From Botryllus schlosseri (taxonomy: Eukaryota), in the NCBI GenBank assembly GCA_051294905.1, contig CM119372.1, positions 33,482,001 to 33,546,000 on the forward strand: 64,000 bases of DNA, read 5' to 3'. Position 1 is the first letter of the stretch. Every line of letters begins with the position of its first letter. The notes beneath the pieces were generated by a model. The model did no database searches. It was not told the DNA's origin and saw nothing but the letters and a program-made list of their open reading frames with translations. Shown piece after piece: positions 1-12,805 of the stretch. Made by a program: the position numbers and the translations under genes.

Positions 1-296
1 ATATCAGTCCTGTAGAGTCGGTTCAGTCCATACCAGTGACTTCAAACATGTTCAATATACGGACTTCAAACCTGACTCAGACTACGGAAACGTCAAACAC
101 ACGGACCCCGGACTCCAGCTCCGGCTGCAAAAATTTTATTTATATCTCCATTTTTCCTACAAATCAACTCAGAAAACTATACATGTCACATTCACAATCA
201 ATCACATGTACTCAAATTAGTGAGCATTTCTACTCAACCGGATGCAGGAATAATGTCGTAAACTAAATTTGAATGGTATATTCCTATTGAAATGAA

Positions 297-346
297 CCCG
301 AATATTTTCGGCTGACACTCGCCAGGGGTAATCGTAAGAGTCAGCA
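297..346 (-). ncRNA. Degenerate minimal hammerhead-ribozyme-like motif in a Penelope pseudo-LTR (copy 1)
   Basis: Minus strand reads CCC-CTGGCGA-GTGTCAGCC-GAAAATATTC-GGG: CCC/GGG stem I, near-core CUG(G)CGA, GAAA, palindromic AATATT, NUH=UUC. It lies about 110 nt downstream of the GIY-YIG stop. Confidence 0.45.
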
Positions 347-438
347 ACTATAGTAGAGAATTCAAAAGAACATTGTATATCAACAATTGTATCAGAAAAT
401 GTGACGTCACCAGCATGAAATTTCGAATACAAGAGCGT

Positions 439-870
439 TCAATGTACTATTTTCAGACGATACACGAACTCTATTTGTTGACACAGCCTTGGCTGCTGTA
501 TTTTGATAAAAGTCGACTCCAAGGCACACAAATGAAAGTGTGAACGACCCTTTCCGAGTGCGCGAAATGTGTTGTCTCGATAATTTTTTGCAGAGGTGGG
601 TTCATCCAACAAGTGTTTTCCAATTGCAGAATTTATGGCCTTTGATTGCTCCGCTTCAATCTTGAGCGGGTGAGTCAAGGGTGAGCTTTTCACCGAGCGT
701 GACGAGCGTGTTCTAATGAATCTAGGGACATGCTGATCTATGCGTTCCTGCAAGCGCTTCGATGTTCTTCCCACGTAGCCACAATCACAGTGACACTTAA
801 ATTCGTAAACTACATTGCTCTGTTGAAGTGCAGGAAGCACGTCTTTACGTGTTGCAGAGAGAAGTTGCGT
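439..870 (-). pseudogene. Penelope-like retroelement 3' fragment: GIY-YIG endonuclease domain
   Basis: ORF 439-840 reads VVYEFKCHCDCGYVGRTSKRLQERIDQH...SAIGKHL...LESTFI...PRLCQQ, the GIY-YIG pattern with CCHH residues typical of Penelope elements. The 5' part is truncated. Confidence 0.85.
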
Positions 871-990
871 TGTCCAACATAGGTGGAATTAGTATATGCA
901 AATCATACATCAGGATTTTTCTGGACATGTCCGTAATTTTAGTGTTTAATCTGCGTCCTAATGTATTTGAATAATATATGCATATCTAAT

Positions 991-1120
991 CCCGAAGCTT
1001 TTCGGCTGACACATATCTGGGGATAACGTCAGCAATAATGCGAGCATTCAACAAAATTTGTTTAGCAACAATCTGTATCGCTAAGTCAAGTCGAGTAAAC
1101 TACAAAAATTCGAAATACGA
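991..1120 (-). repeat. Second copy of the Penelope pseudo-LTR segment (similar to ~297-430)
   Basis: Shares TTTTCGGCTGACAC...GTCAGCAA...ATTCAA...CAACAAT..GTATC...TTCGAA with 297-430. Confidence 0.6.
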
Positions 1121-1132
1121 GAGAGCTATAGC

Positions 1133-2466
1133 CAAGGTTGCCATCGACATGGACTCAAATATAAGGACAGTTGAAAAATTAGATTAGGCTGCCAATAAAA
1201 GCGATTTTGTATATACTTTGTATTTATACGAGCCGTGGCATATCACATTACATACTTTTCGCAAGAAACAACCTTCTCCTGCAACTCCTTGTTATTAGAA
1301 AGTGCTTTATGGATCTCACGACAGCTCAGGTTTAGGTTTACCATTACTCAAGGCCGAAACAGCACTTCGTCAGCCCCTCCCCCAAAACACACGCTGGTCC
1401 GCCCCCCCCCCCATAGAATGATAAACCAAACTTCTTCACCTCGTTCTGATTAGAGGCGTCAACCAAGATGGAAAAAGTTTAGACAAAATCATTTTTGAGC
1501 GTATGGAGCAAGAACTCCAGTAACAATGCTTGTAGTCTTGGTCCTGACCGAAGCAGACGTCCTTGCGATGTTGGAACCGCTTTGAACAATTGCGATGTGC
1601 AATCGTTGTAGAGGAATGATTGCTGATATTTGACAGTATGGGATGTCCAGGTACCCGCAGCAGCAGCTGCCTAGTAGTCTATGCTGGTCGTTGGTGTTGA
1701 TCGACTTGTGAAAAAATAATTCATCGACTGGCTCGAGACAATCATTATGACACACTTCTTGTGTTTTGAGGTATCAATGTGAGTTGAAATAGCGGTCTTT
1801 CCTATGGCCTCCAGGTTAATGTCACAATTGCAGAGATTGCAATGTGCGAAACACTCGCCCTTCATTAAGCTTCCTTTGATATATTCGAATTCTCGTTCAT
1901 AATCGTCACGAAAAACGTTTTTACGCCTGCTCATTCTAACTGAACAGATTTAGATATAATTTAGATAAATTTATCAATGATTAATAGCTTTACTACTTTT
2001 TAGCCCAAGTGTCGACTACACTTCGCCCTTTTCCGGTACGCAATAAATGCTGCCTTCCCCACAGCTTTTTCAGCTGGCTAGACGGCAGAAGCCTGGTGCG
2101 GCTGTTTACTACTAAAATGACGTCCACTGCGATAGCTTGGTAGGCCTACAGCCGAAACCACTATACCACTCACTGCCTTAGCTATCTCACCACTTAGAAC
2201 TCAAATCCTGTGGTGTGTACGCCACAGGAGTACCTTTCATTTATGATGTCATAAAATTTTGACGCAAAAACGTATTTTGGAATATTATGCAACACAGATA
2301 CCAGAGGAAAACGATGGAAGTTCTGTAGTGGTTGAAAATAAGACAAAATAAGGACGCAAGTCGAAAATAAGGACATTTCTTAGAAATAAGGATAGTTGAG
2401 TTTTCTAAGACGTGGCCCTTAAAAATGAGGACAAATCTTGGAAATAAGGACGGTATGGCAACCCTG
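1133..2466 (-). mobile_element. Non-autonomous hAT element (Blackjack-like) with transposase 5' remnant
   Basis: TIRs CAAGGTTGCCA / TGGCAACCCTG; perfect 8-bp TSD GCTATAGC at 1125-1132 and 2467-2474. Confidence 0.85.
1489..1934 (-). pseudogene. hAT transposase N-terminal remnant (BED-like zinc finger)
   Basis: HCNLCNCDINLEAIGKTAISTHIDTSKH zinc finger, then a stop and frameshift into ...HTVKYQQSFLYNDC...RTKTTSIVTGVLAPY, motifs seen in hAT transposase N-termini. Confidence 0.7.
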
Positions 2467-3844
2467 GCTATAGCACAGTCAAGATGAGAAAGAAACAAAA
2501 CTAGTTGATGTGCGATATCGAAGCATACGATTTGGTACACAGTTGAATGTGTTCATTGATGCGGTCCTGCAACAGTTTGGAAGTTCTCCAAATGGCATAA
2601 CCAGGAGGAGACAAAAGTGGTCATGGCCCTATAATGAATAATAATTTTTGGAAATTTTTTGAAAATTGACACAAGTTGAGTTTTAAGCAGATGTATTAAA
2701 CATGAACTTTTTCTTTGCATTCGCGTGATATATTGTGTCGGTCGATTTTTAATTATTGTGTAGCCGCCTTCCCATCAATAAAATGAAAGAATATGCCCAT
2801 GCCCAAGTACAGAATTTAATTCAACATGAAGTGCGATCCCAGAAAGGTTGCCGGTTATAGAACCGTGGCCGAAGATCGCGCCGGATGGCCCTCGCATTGC
2901 CCTAAGTCCCGCGGTAAAAATACCAGCAGAGGAACAGGAAATAACAACATGCATCAACTAAGTAAGTTTACAAAGTACCATGCACTAACTAACTATCCTC
3001 AGAGCAAATCATCAGCGCCCGATGGACCAAGGTGCCGACCTAATTGATTTTACAATCTTTTAGACTAAGAGCAGAGGTGCAATAAGCTGAAGAGCTAAAT
3101 CTTCATAGAACACCACAGATATAGCAGCTAGAATAGGCCCCAATGATGATTTCGTGGCTCAATCTCTTTCTACATTATACTGTTGATACTAAATGCAACG
3201 GAGCAAACAGCGTTTCTCATCCATTCAATGGAGATAGCATTCGAAAAGGGAGAGGTATTAGCTTACCGTTATATAGAGTAGGGCTTTTCAACCAGGTGTG
3301 CACCCTGGGCTGTAATATAATTTCAAAGGGTGTACCACTCGGATGGGGTGTACTGGGATGTACCAGATCCGTAATACAAAGGACTGATGACTAGCTATCA
3401 CAATAAATTGGCAAGTTTATGCTTCAGAACAGATCGAGTAGATGTGCTATATCGTACAATGTTCCTGTTAAATGTAGGCATCTTGTAAATTTTATTTCCT
3501 TTGGTATGCCATAAGCAAATGTTTCTCCTCATTGAGGCGATTTTTTACCTAAAAAAAGAAAAATTTTGACCTAAAAATCGAAATTTTGACATTTTTTGAC
3601 CATAAAAAGCTTAATTTGGACCAAATTGTGACCTCATGTATGTACATTAGATGTTTTCCCACATAATGTTAGAATTGTACTACTTATCTTCATTTCTGGT
3701 TGGAACTGTCTGCCTTATGAAGTAGTTTGACCTGAAAAAACTTCATTTTAACGGAATTTGGACCTATGAAGAATTCCAGTAGTTACATCACGCATTATGG
3801 CAGATATAATTAAAATTTGTTGTTATACAACGAAAGATACATTC

Positions 3845-4050
3845 CTAAATTCTCAGGTAGAAAGTGCCTGTCCTTACTAAGTAGCTTGTCAAGAATGGAG
3901 AAAGAACGTTCAACAGCAGCAGTTGTTGGCTGGCAACACTAAGTTGGGTGTACACTGCTGGTGACACACCGTGTTGCTTCATTCTGACAATGTTGTTTAC
4001 ATCACAATTTTTCAGCATGCACTTCTTGATATAAGAACCAATGCCCACGC
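3845..4050 (-). pseudogene. hAT C-terminal dimerisation-domain remnant inside a MITE (related copies at 14544-14757 and 50643-50880)
   Basis: The three copies align; the best preserved reads QLQCCQPTTAAVERSFSILGKLL (hAT ERxFS motif). Confidence 0.6.
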
Positions 4051-4762
4051 AGTCTTGCTTCAGTCAGGATATTGCGGTACGTTCAGCGTAACACCATGTC
4101 AAACTTATTTGTTTGAGTTGGCCGTTTCTGATTCGCAATGAGCAGATAATGGGCCGCCAACAGCGGAAGGTCTATAAAGTAGGCTGCAGGCTGTAAAATG
4201 TTAAACGATAACTTCACCGACGAACATTTACGATACAAAAGAAATGCGGTTTGAAAAAAATGACTTTGTAAACAATTGTGACATTTTTTTGACCTAACGC
4301 TACAATTTTGACAAAATTTTGACTTATTTTGACACGTCAACAAATATCGCCCTTCTCATTATTTCACCGTTTGACAGCAATATTTGAGACTACTAACATT
4401 TTTGACGAAATTCATTAAAGAGATTGAAAGATTTTTCACGCTCGGCGCGACAATGGATACCGGGCCCGATACGCTTTTCCTGACATTTACGCTCGCGATT
4501 TTGGTGCATATCTAGTATTGCTGTTGGAATGTTCTGCTTCTACCAATTGAAACTTCCATACGCAAGGTATATCTGAAGGTGCAAAGCTTCCAATAGCCAG
4601 TTCCACATATGTATTTGTCGTCCAGATGGGCAGCTGGAATGCGGCGGAATTAAATATATGTCATCGAAATGCTGTCATGCTTAGGAAAAAGGTTGAACAT
4701 CCCTGGATTAGGCTTACTACGGAATAGGTGTATTGTGTGGTCAGGGATGTACGAGTTTTCAT

Positions 4763-5659
4763 CAGTGTTGGGATGACTCAAGTCTTGACTTTACTCAAGT
4801 CAGACACGAGTCACTTTTTCGTATGACTTGACTTGACTCGAGTCACTTTGCTAAAATGACTTGACTTTACTTGACTCGGCGTATCAGAAATGTGGATTGA
4901 CTCGTGACTCGAAGCAAAACTCACGAGTCAATTTCAAGTCATCATGAAATCGGTGTCGATAAAAATCACTGTATCTTGCATATGTTCGGATTGTTCGCGC
5001 AACGCTGGTGTAACCCGTGAGAGCGACCAATCATTCAATGATCGTGCGTTTTACTGAGCCTCCATTGTTCTCTCACAAATATAGTGATCGCAAACGAAGT
5101 GATCGAAGCTTACAACCTACGTTGTCGGACACTATAGTATAGTAAAGTAATTTAATAGCAAAATGTCTATTTCTGTTCTGTGTTCTTAACTAAATCAAAC
5201 CTCTTGTTTTATTGAAATGGAATTAGATAATAGTTTATTTATAGTCCTCGACCATTGGCGCAGGCTCGAATTGTATCATATCAATTTGCAAAAGGGTTAT
5301 GTATTGCATCTTATCAATTCGTTTCTCTATTCTCTATTTTGGCTGGTAACTATAAACTGACGCTGTGCAATTACGTGTTTATTAGTTATACTTATATGTG
5401 AGCGATACAGCGCCTCACTTGCGTGTATATTTAATCTGTATTTCAGACGGCCAGTAGAATACAATGACGTAATCACGTCTCATACCTCGAAAAGGCAATT
5501 TGACTTGAATTGTGACTTAACTCGTGACTTAACTTGACTTGACTCGAGTCACCTCCAAAAATCGAGTGACTTGACTTGACTCTGACTTGACTCGAGTCAA
5601 AATGTGCAATGACTCGAAATCACTCGTGACTCGAAGGTAGTGACTTGATCACAACACTG
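4763..5659. mobile_element. hAT-type MITE with GACTY subterminal arrays
   Basis: Ends CAGTGTTG / CAACACTG; TSD GTTTTCAT / CTTTTCAT (7/8); dense GACTT/GACTC repeats at both ends. Confidence 0.8.
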
Positions 5660-5833
5660 CTTTTCATTAACCGTTAAAAGGGTGTACCACGAAGAAAAAG
5701 GCACAAATATTCAAAGTCTCATTTAGTTGATCAAAAGGTTCTTTATGTCAAATGAGCATGGAAAGTTACAGCATATGCAGTGCGTATAGTTGTGAACAAC
5801 GCATCTCATCGGCGAAGGTGAAAGAATTGTGTA

Positions 5834-7188
5834 GGGGAGACCGGGGACAAATGTAACTAGGGGCAAATGTAACAATCGACCTCACCGCTAGTAGGATGGA
5901 GAAATCAGCTTGATATTTTAAGTGCACATGCAGTAGTTATCTCTTCTATTATACCTGGAGTTACGTTGAGCTACGATGCGAAACCCCGGAATAATTTTCA
6001 AAAAACGAAATTTTTTACCCTTGAGTAAAGTTTTTCTGGTCTGGAATAATTTGTCTGGACGAATAGTACCTCAAGTAGTTACAAAGTAATATGTGTAGCT
6101 GGAACAATGTTACTATAGTCTACCGTGGTGATGGAAAGAATAGGACTTGCATCGCCGGGAAGGTACCATACTGAGACACTAATCATGGTCGAGCGTGTCA
6201 GGGGCAATCGTAACACTCTGTTACTTTTGCCCCGTTACAATATGTTATTAATTCTGAATGTCTTTGTTCATATGTTGGTATTACCATTCATCTATACTGC
6301 AGAATAATCTTGCAACAGCCAGAAGTTCACCAGAACAGATACTGCCTTGCGATACCAATTCTAACATGATCATCTGTCGAAACGGCCATACAATAGTGGT
6401 GATGTGAATCTGACGGTTCGGTTATTTTCGTGATTCGACCACCCTTTCTCATGTTGGTCGACTTTTGGTGTGTCGAACTTCAATAGTCATGTCTTAATTC
6501 TCGTCCTCTGACTTTGATCATGGCATGAACAATTTACGTTAATTTTCTACAGCACAGATAAATATCATTATAGCTTTGACGCCACACAATGTTGCGTCCT
6601 CGTTTTACTATACTATCATCGGCCCATTCAACCAAGATATGTTAGCCAGGTCGGTTTCGCACCTTCGCAGGTGACCGAATGACCAACCCATTATGCACGC
6701 TGAACAACAGAACCTTGGTAGAAGAGGCCGAATATGTGTAGGGAGATGATGGAATGAATGTGTCTCTTGTACACTTTAAGCTTGAACAAGACACGAAGGG
6801 TGATATTGCATTCAGATGCCATAAATGCGATGGGCTGTAGCCTGGAAGCGTTCAAACGTCTCTTTCTTTAGTTTCATGCAATGTTACAATTTGTGCTTAC
6901 GTTTTCGTTGTTCATTCAGTTTGTGTTTACTTATAAATAACACTGTTACAATTGCCCCGCAAAGGTGGTACAATTGCCCCTGGGTACGGGGCGATTGTAA
7001 CATTTGAGCAGCAATTTTTGCGACCCAAAATTTCCATGATTGATTGTTGATTGAGTTCCAATTTAGTTTTCATATCAACTATCGAGTTGTTGGCTTCTTT
7101 ATATATAACTTTGGAAGTGAAATTTCCACGAGAAGAACACGTAATGTTGGAAAATACGAAAAGTGTTACAATTGTCCCCGGTCTCCCC
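5834..7188. mobile_element. Tc1/mariner-pogo-type non-autonomous element
   Basis: TIRs GGGGAGACCGGGGACAAATGTAAC / GTTACAATTGTCCCCGGTCTCCCC, flanked by TA on both sides; internal repeats of GGGGCAA..GTAAC. Confidence 0.75.
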
Positions 7189-7679
7189 TACGCACTGTGA
7201 CCGTATAGGTGGAGAACAGGTTCCAGTATGTCGATCAACCACTTCACTAACTTGTGCTTGGTTGACCGAGTCATGCTGCGTATCGGTATGAGTGGCACAT
7301 CGTCTTTAATAGGGTTACCATATTTTGAGATCCAAAAATAAAGGACACTTTTCAAAAATTCCTAAAGCTATAGTACCGGCATATAAAACTAGTGATTTTG
7401 AAAATTTTTCAACCAATAGCACTAAAAAAATGTCATCACTTTGACTCGACTCCCGAATTACCCGCTTTTTACGATACTTCTGTGATGTTGACTAAAAAAG
7501 TTCATCTTTTCCGTCTCTACTGCCTAAATAGGCCTACTCGTGGCGCTTTTTGATCTCATTTTTATAAATTTTCTAGAAAAAAGAGGACAAATTCATAAAA
7601 TAGAGGACATTTAGGCGTCCTCCGAAGACACTTTAAATTATTTAAGAAAGAGGACAAATCCTCTTAAAAGAGGGCGTAT

Positions 7680-8100
7680 GCGTCTTCGGTATTCCGTACA
7701 TACGCGGTCGTTGGGAACCAACAGACCTAATGCAGTCGTATGACTCTGTCGATAATATGTCGTCATTTGTCAATCTTCGAAGGCGTCGTTGTAGTCGCGA
7801 TTCAATCTTTGCGGTGTTGTCATATTTCAAAATCGGGTCAAGTAGGACGAATGGATTTATATTCAGGAATTGATAACATTTTCTATTCGTAAACATTCTT
7901 GTTCAGAATTAGCACGCCTGTACCTTTATTAGGTTTTTATATTGCTGTTGGGCTTGCTTCGCAAATATGTTATTTGGCACTGAATCATTCCATGGTCATC
8001 AAAAAATCGGCCTTGTCATCCGGACATCCTCAATACCAGTGTTCCGGATCCGAAATCTTGTTTTTGAGCGCCGGCCCGTCATCAATCGATTTTACCTAAA
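7680..8100 (-). pseudogene. Penelope-like element fragment (region just N-terminal to the RT core)
   Basis: Frameshifted IKPNKGTGVLILNK...KML and ...IRSVGSQRPRMYGIPKTH, matching the Penelope/PLE DKG and YGxPKxHK motifs. Confidence 0.7.
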
Positions 8101-8705
8101 CGATGCTTCAACTCAGCTATTATTATCTCGAATTCGGAGAAAACCTCTTCACTCTTGACATTAGTTGGTGGTATGCAAAGTTCAATCCGTGTGATGAAGC
8201 AAACTTTCCAGTCGATGACAGTGCATAATCAGATAGGTCAGCGACTAGCCGGTTTAAATTTCGTTCGATTTTTGATAGATACTGATTATTGTTAAACATA
8301 GTTTGTTGAATGCTCGCATTATTGATGAAGGTATCCCTTGATGAGTGTCAGCTGACAAGCTTCGGGAATAAATATGAATATAAAATTCAAATGCAGCATG
8401 AGGCTCTTTACTCTACAGCAGTGGTTCTTAACCTTGCCTCGTGCGCCCCCCAAGGGGCGCTGGCGGTTTTGAAGGGGGCGGAGCAGCTCAGCGGGCGATA
8501 TGGCAGGCGCTGAGCTCAGGGGGCGATAAGGGGGGCGCTGAAGAAAAATGGCTTCGCCGTAGATGATGTGGTAGTAGGACATATCCTTAATGAGTTCAGA
8601 ACAAATTAACATTCCACAAAACATGTCAAATCCCGAAATCTTTGGTCGCGCTACGCAACGATGTTTGCCACATATGTTTTCATAAATGCAGTGGGGTATT
8701 ATAAT

Positions 8706-8971
8706 CAGAGGTGGTCAAAGTAGTCACCGTCGCTACTCAAGTAGAAGTAGAAGTAACGCCGGAATTTCTACTCAAGTAGAAGTAGGCGTGGTGGTTCACA
8801 AGTAAGTAAGTAAGTAGGTATTCTACGCTTATTTTTGCCTACAAAACTGGAAACTGTTAAGTAGAAGTAGAAGTAGTCTAAAATCATAACTACTTAAAAA
8901 GTAGTGTGAGTAGGCAAAATCTACTTCAAGTACTTCAAAAAGTAGAAGTACTTCGTTACTGACCACCTCTG
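8706..8971. mobile_element. hAT MITE with AAGTAG repeats (related copy at 13285-13792)
   Basis: TIRs CAGAGGTGGTCA / TGACCACCTCTG; perfect TSD ATTATAAT. Confidence 0.85.
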
Positions 8972-9469
8972 ATTATAATTCATATAAACGAATTGCGCAT
9001 ACCTTTAGATCACCAATTTCCCGTTATTTAAAACGCTGCCGTCACATTTGCTAGGGTTATTTTCAACAAAATGTTTCTAATTAGGTATTATATCCCGCAG
9101 TGCACAGCGTGTGAAAATCGAAGGAGGCACTGTATGTCACTTTTTGATTGAGAGCATAGGTGTATGGGAGGAAAAACTTTTGGGGATGCGAAATTTTTTT
9201 TCCAAATAGACGGTGAGCGACAAAAGTAGGTATAAAGCACCTAATAGTATAAATGACGCACTGGGAAGAACTTTACCCATATTTAGAACAAACTGCAATA
9301 CAGTCAAAGCAAAGATAACCCATCACTGAAGCGAAATCCGAAATTATTTCAAGGCTCGGATATTTATGAGCAGTCAGTATCACCAATTCAAAAAAAGTAT
9401 TTGTCTCTGCCATGATGCATACCAAATAGGCCTACATCAATGATGCGCTCAATATTGACATTAGGTAAA

Positions 9470-11100
9470 ATAACGCCATATTGGTAAGTCGTGCCTGACC
9501 CATAGTCCATCTGAGATATGTTTTTTAGTCTTTTCAACTTCGAAAGTGCACTTTCAGAACTGCGGTCAGAATTTTTTCATCGCTGTAAGATGAGTCTTGC
9601 ACTTTGCATGATTAACCAATTTATGAGGCATTCTCCATTGTGAATACTTGAATCCATCATTTGATTTGTTGAATTTCAGGCATGGACAGCGTTTCATTAT
9701 GGAATGTGACTATGGAACGGAAACTCCCGTTTTCCATTGTTAAGTTACGCTCGACTGAATCTAGCGGCTTTGGTCAATCGCAGCGCAACAATTGAACAAT
9801 TTGCCTTGGGTTAAATGGCATATCACACTTATAGATACTCAACTTTGATAACGAAATTACTAGACTAATCAGTCAGTGGTAATCTTGAAACTTGCTACAG
9901 TGTTAGATGACATCATCAGGATATATAATTCGGAAGCTAGTTGCTCATCTGGGTATGCAACACAAATAAAATCCACATATAGACCGATACTGGCTTTTGC
10001 GAAAAATACGTTACGCGCTAGGCTGCGCTCACCTATATACTGCGTAAAATCTACTACCGGTATGCGATAGCGCACTTTGCGCAAACCTATGCAATATACA
10101 AATACACGCAACTTCGAATGGGCATTTCGGCGTCGGCAATTATTTATCACCCTATTGGAGGCCCAAGACCGACGTTTTGGGGGGCCTGGCGAAGTGCTGT
10201 TACTGTCCTGCATCCAGCCTATAGGCCTACCTGCCGAACAGATTTTATGCAAAATCCTGTGTTGCTCTATAGATTTTGAAGGTGTTTCCATAGCGGGAGA
10301 GATGACGAGATTTCGTATCTATTATTCGGATTATGCGTTCTAACTCTGTGCGAAATTTAAAGGCTCTTCCTACACAGTTGGATTAGTAATTTCGTTACCG
10401 AAGTCGAGTATGTAACTATGTATTGCATAGGTGCGCAATGCGCACAGCCTAGCCAATAACGGATTTTTCGCAAAAGCCGGTATCGGTCTATGTTGATTTC
10501 GAATGTGTTGAATACGGAGATGAGCGACTAGCTTTCGAAGTGTATATCTTGATGATGTCATCTAACACTACAGCAAGTTTCAAGATTGCTACCAATTGAT
10601 TAGGGTGGTAATTTAGATATCGAAGTCGAGTATATAGGTGCGCGCAGCCTAGCGCGTAGCGGATTTTTCGCAAAAGCCGCTATCGGTCTATGTGCATTTT
10701 GATTGTGCTGCATACCCAGATGAGCGACTAGCTTCCGCATTGTATATCGTGATAATGTCATCTAACACTGTAGCAAGTTTCAAGATTACCACTAACTGAT
10801 GAGTCTAGTAATTTCGTTATCAAAGTCGAGTATCTGTAAGTGTGATATGCCATTTAACCTAACGCAAATTGTTCGATTGTTGCGCTGCGATTGACCAAAG
10901 CCGCTAGATTCAGTCGAGCGTGACCTAACAATGGGAAAACGGGAGTTTCCGTTCCATAGTCACATTCCATAGTTTCATAGTCTTGTCATTTTTGTTACAA
11001 GTTAACCAGGGATGAGTTTTGAAGACTTGAGATTTCGTTTTGAGGAGTTGGATTGAAATCTCTTGTTTCTCATTGCCATGGGCTATTTCTTTTGATTGTA
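9470..11100 (-). pseudogene. hAT transposase remnant: TTF-type zinc finger joined by deletion to the C-terminal dimerisation domain; interrupted by the foldback
   Basis: Removing 9698-10971 and one TSD restores QVFKTHPWLTCNKNDKTMKRCPCLKFNKSNDGFKYSQWRMPHKLVNHAKCKTHLTAMKK. This is followed (with frameshifts) by SSESALSKLKRLK/TYLRWTMGQARLTNMALF. Confidence 0.75.
9698..10971. mobile_element. Foldback element with ~340-bp imperfect TIRs and a 7-bp TSD (P/Galileo-like by TSD)
   Basis: Ends TATGGAATGTGACTATGGAACGGAAACTCCCG and its reverse complement; TSD GTTTCAT at 9691-9697 and 10972-10978; extra ~210-bp tandem unit at 10381-10625. Confidence 0.85.
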
Positions 11101-11606
11101 GCATTGTAAAATTTGTCGATGAGGCTCAATCTTGTCGCCAGCAGATGTTTTGAAATCATTGCTCATTGCCGGATCAATATTTGATTGTAATTGTTTCAAG
11201 ATTTGCTATCACACATGTTTCTGGCACTGACTGAAGAAAGAGACACTTGCACAACAATCGCTGCAACAGTAGTTATATCGTGAGCAGGCGTTTCAATGGG
11301 CTTGTGCACTGTCAATTGGTATCAGTAATGTTCCATTCTAATAGGCCATTTGCAGGACTTCGATCACGTGACTAGATACGCATAGCAACCACAAATTGGT
11401 TAGCAAGCTACTTTCTCGCGCACCTGCTGCAGTGCTAAATATCGCATACTGTACTGTTGATTTCTGGTTGTAAACGTTTCAGAAATTTGTTGTGGAAGTC
11501 ATCAGAGATTCACCTATGCTAGACGTCAGTCCTGTACAAAGCATTTCGAATGACATCGGTAGAATTACGCAGAAATCTCTCGGTAACGTAGTCGTATTAC
11601 GGTACT

Positions 11607-12805
11607 CAGGGCCGTAACAGCACTTCGTCAGGCCCCCCCCAAAACTTTGGTCTTGGGCCCCCCATAGGGTTATAGACCGAACTTCTGGGGGGGTTCGCCC
11701 CCCAGACCCCCCCTCCGGCGATACACTGTTTACCACTATTCATCTTAGACTTTGGGACTTTGTTTAGTGAATCAGTTTTTGTCGCCTAAGCGCGCGAAGC
11801 GCGGAAAATTTATGATTTCATCAGTCAGTATGATCGGGGATTGCGTATTTGTTATCAATTTTTATCTTCTCTCTGCTGACGTAATCTGATTTGCCGGTAG
11901 AGCTGAGTGAGGTGTGTTTGAAAAGGTAGGACCACTCAATAATAATTAAATAGCACCTCGTCACGTTGTTCGCGTTTGTCACGAAATTATCTGTACTGTA
12001 TTGTGAGCCGAGCGAAAGCGAGGCGCGAAAATTTTCGATAATTCATGATAAAATCGGTCAATCAGATCGGTGATTGCATATATATTATGCTATCAATTTA
12101 TTGTCCTCTCTACTCACTTAATTAGATTTACCGGTTGAGCTGAGTGAAGTGTCTTGAAAACGGGAGGGCCCGTAAATATTGATTAAACATCTTCGGGCGG
12201 GCGGACCCGTTGATATGACTTCGTTATGGTGTTATTTCGTGACTTCCAGTCTGCTATATCAAAAAATATAGAATCGCCCAAACGTAGGCTTCTAAACTAT
12301 AAGAGACGCACACGATTTCAAATTGGTATTTCTTCACTGGCATAAAATTTTCCCCAGCGGGATGGTAATTGTCTCATGAGGTTCAGATTTCAAAGATAGG
12401 AACATTCGGCGCCAGTCATTCAGGAGCCTATGGACAATTAAACCTATATGTATTTTGTATAGCCTATATAACGAAGTTTTCGGTCTGCATAAGGGCATAG
12501 ACCTTTTCGGCCAAACTTTTCTCGCTGCCGATCGTTCTGGCACACCTCTTGGAGTCGCATGTTATATGGCCTAAAAGTTGATTGTATGTCTCGGTCGGCC
12601 GAGGCGCGGTAATGGCCCAATATCCAATAATATAGAATAATGGCTGCTTGAATTCGCGCGCGGCGCGAAAGTTTTTTTAAAAATTTGCATAAATTTTCAA
12701 AAAATACGCTATGATTTATGCTAATTCACGAAATGATTTTGGGCCCCCTTCGAGCTCGCCCCCCCCCCCAATTGGGGGGTTTGGGGTGCGGCAGTTACGG
12801 TGCTG
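11607..12805. mobile_element. hAT MITE inserted in the left arm (family also at 22978-24791 and 41327-42606)
   Basis: TIRs CAGGGCCGTAAC / GTTACGGTGCTG; perfect TSD ACGGTACT; the opposite arm shows the empty site. Confidence 0.9.
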
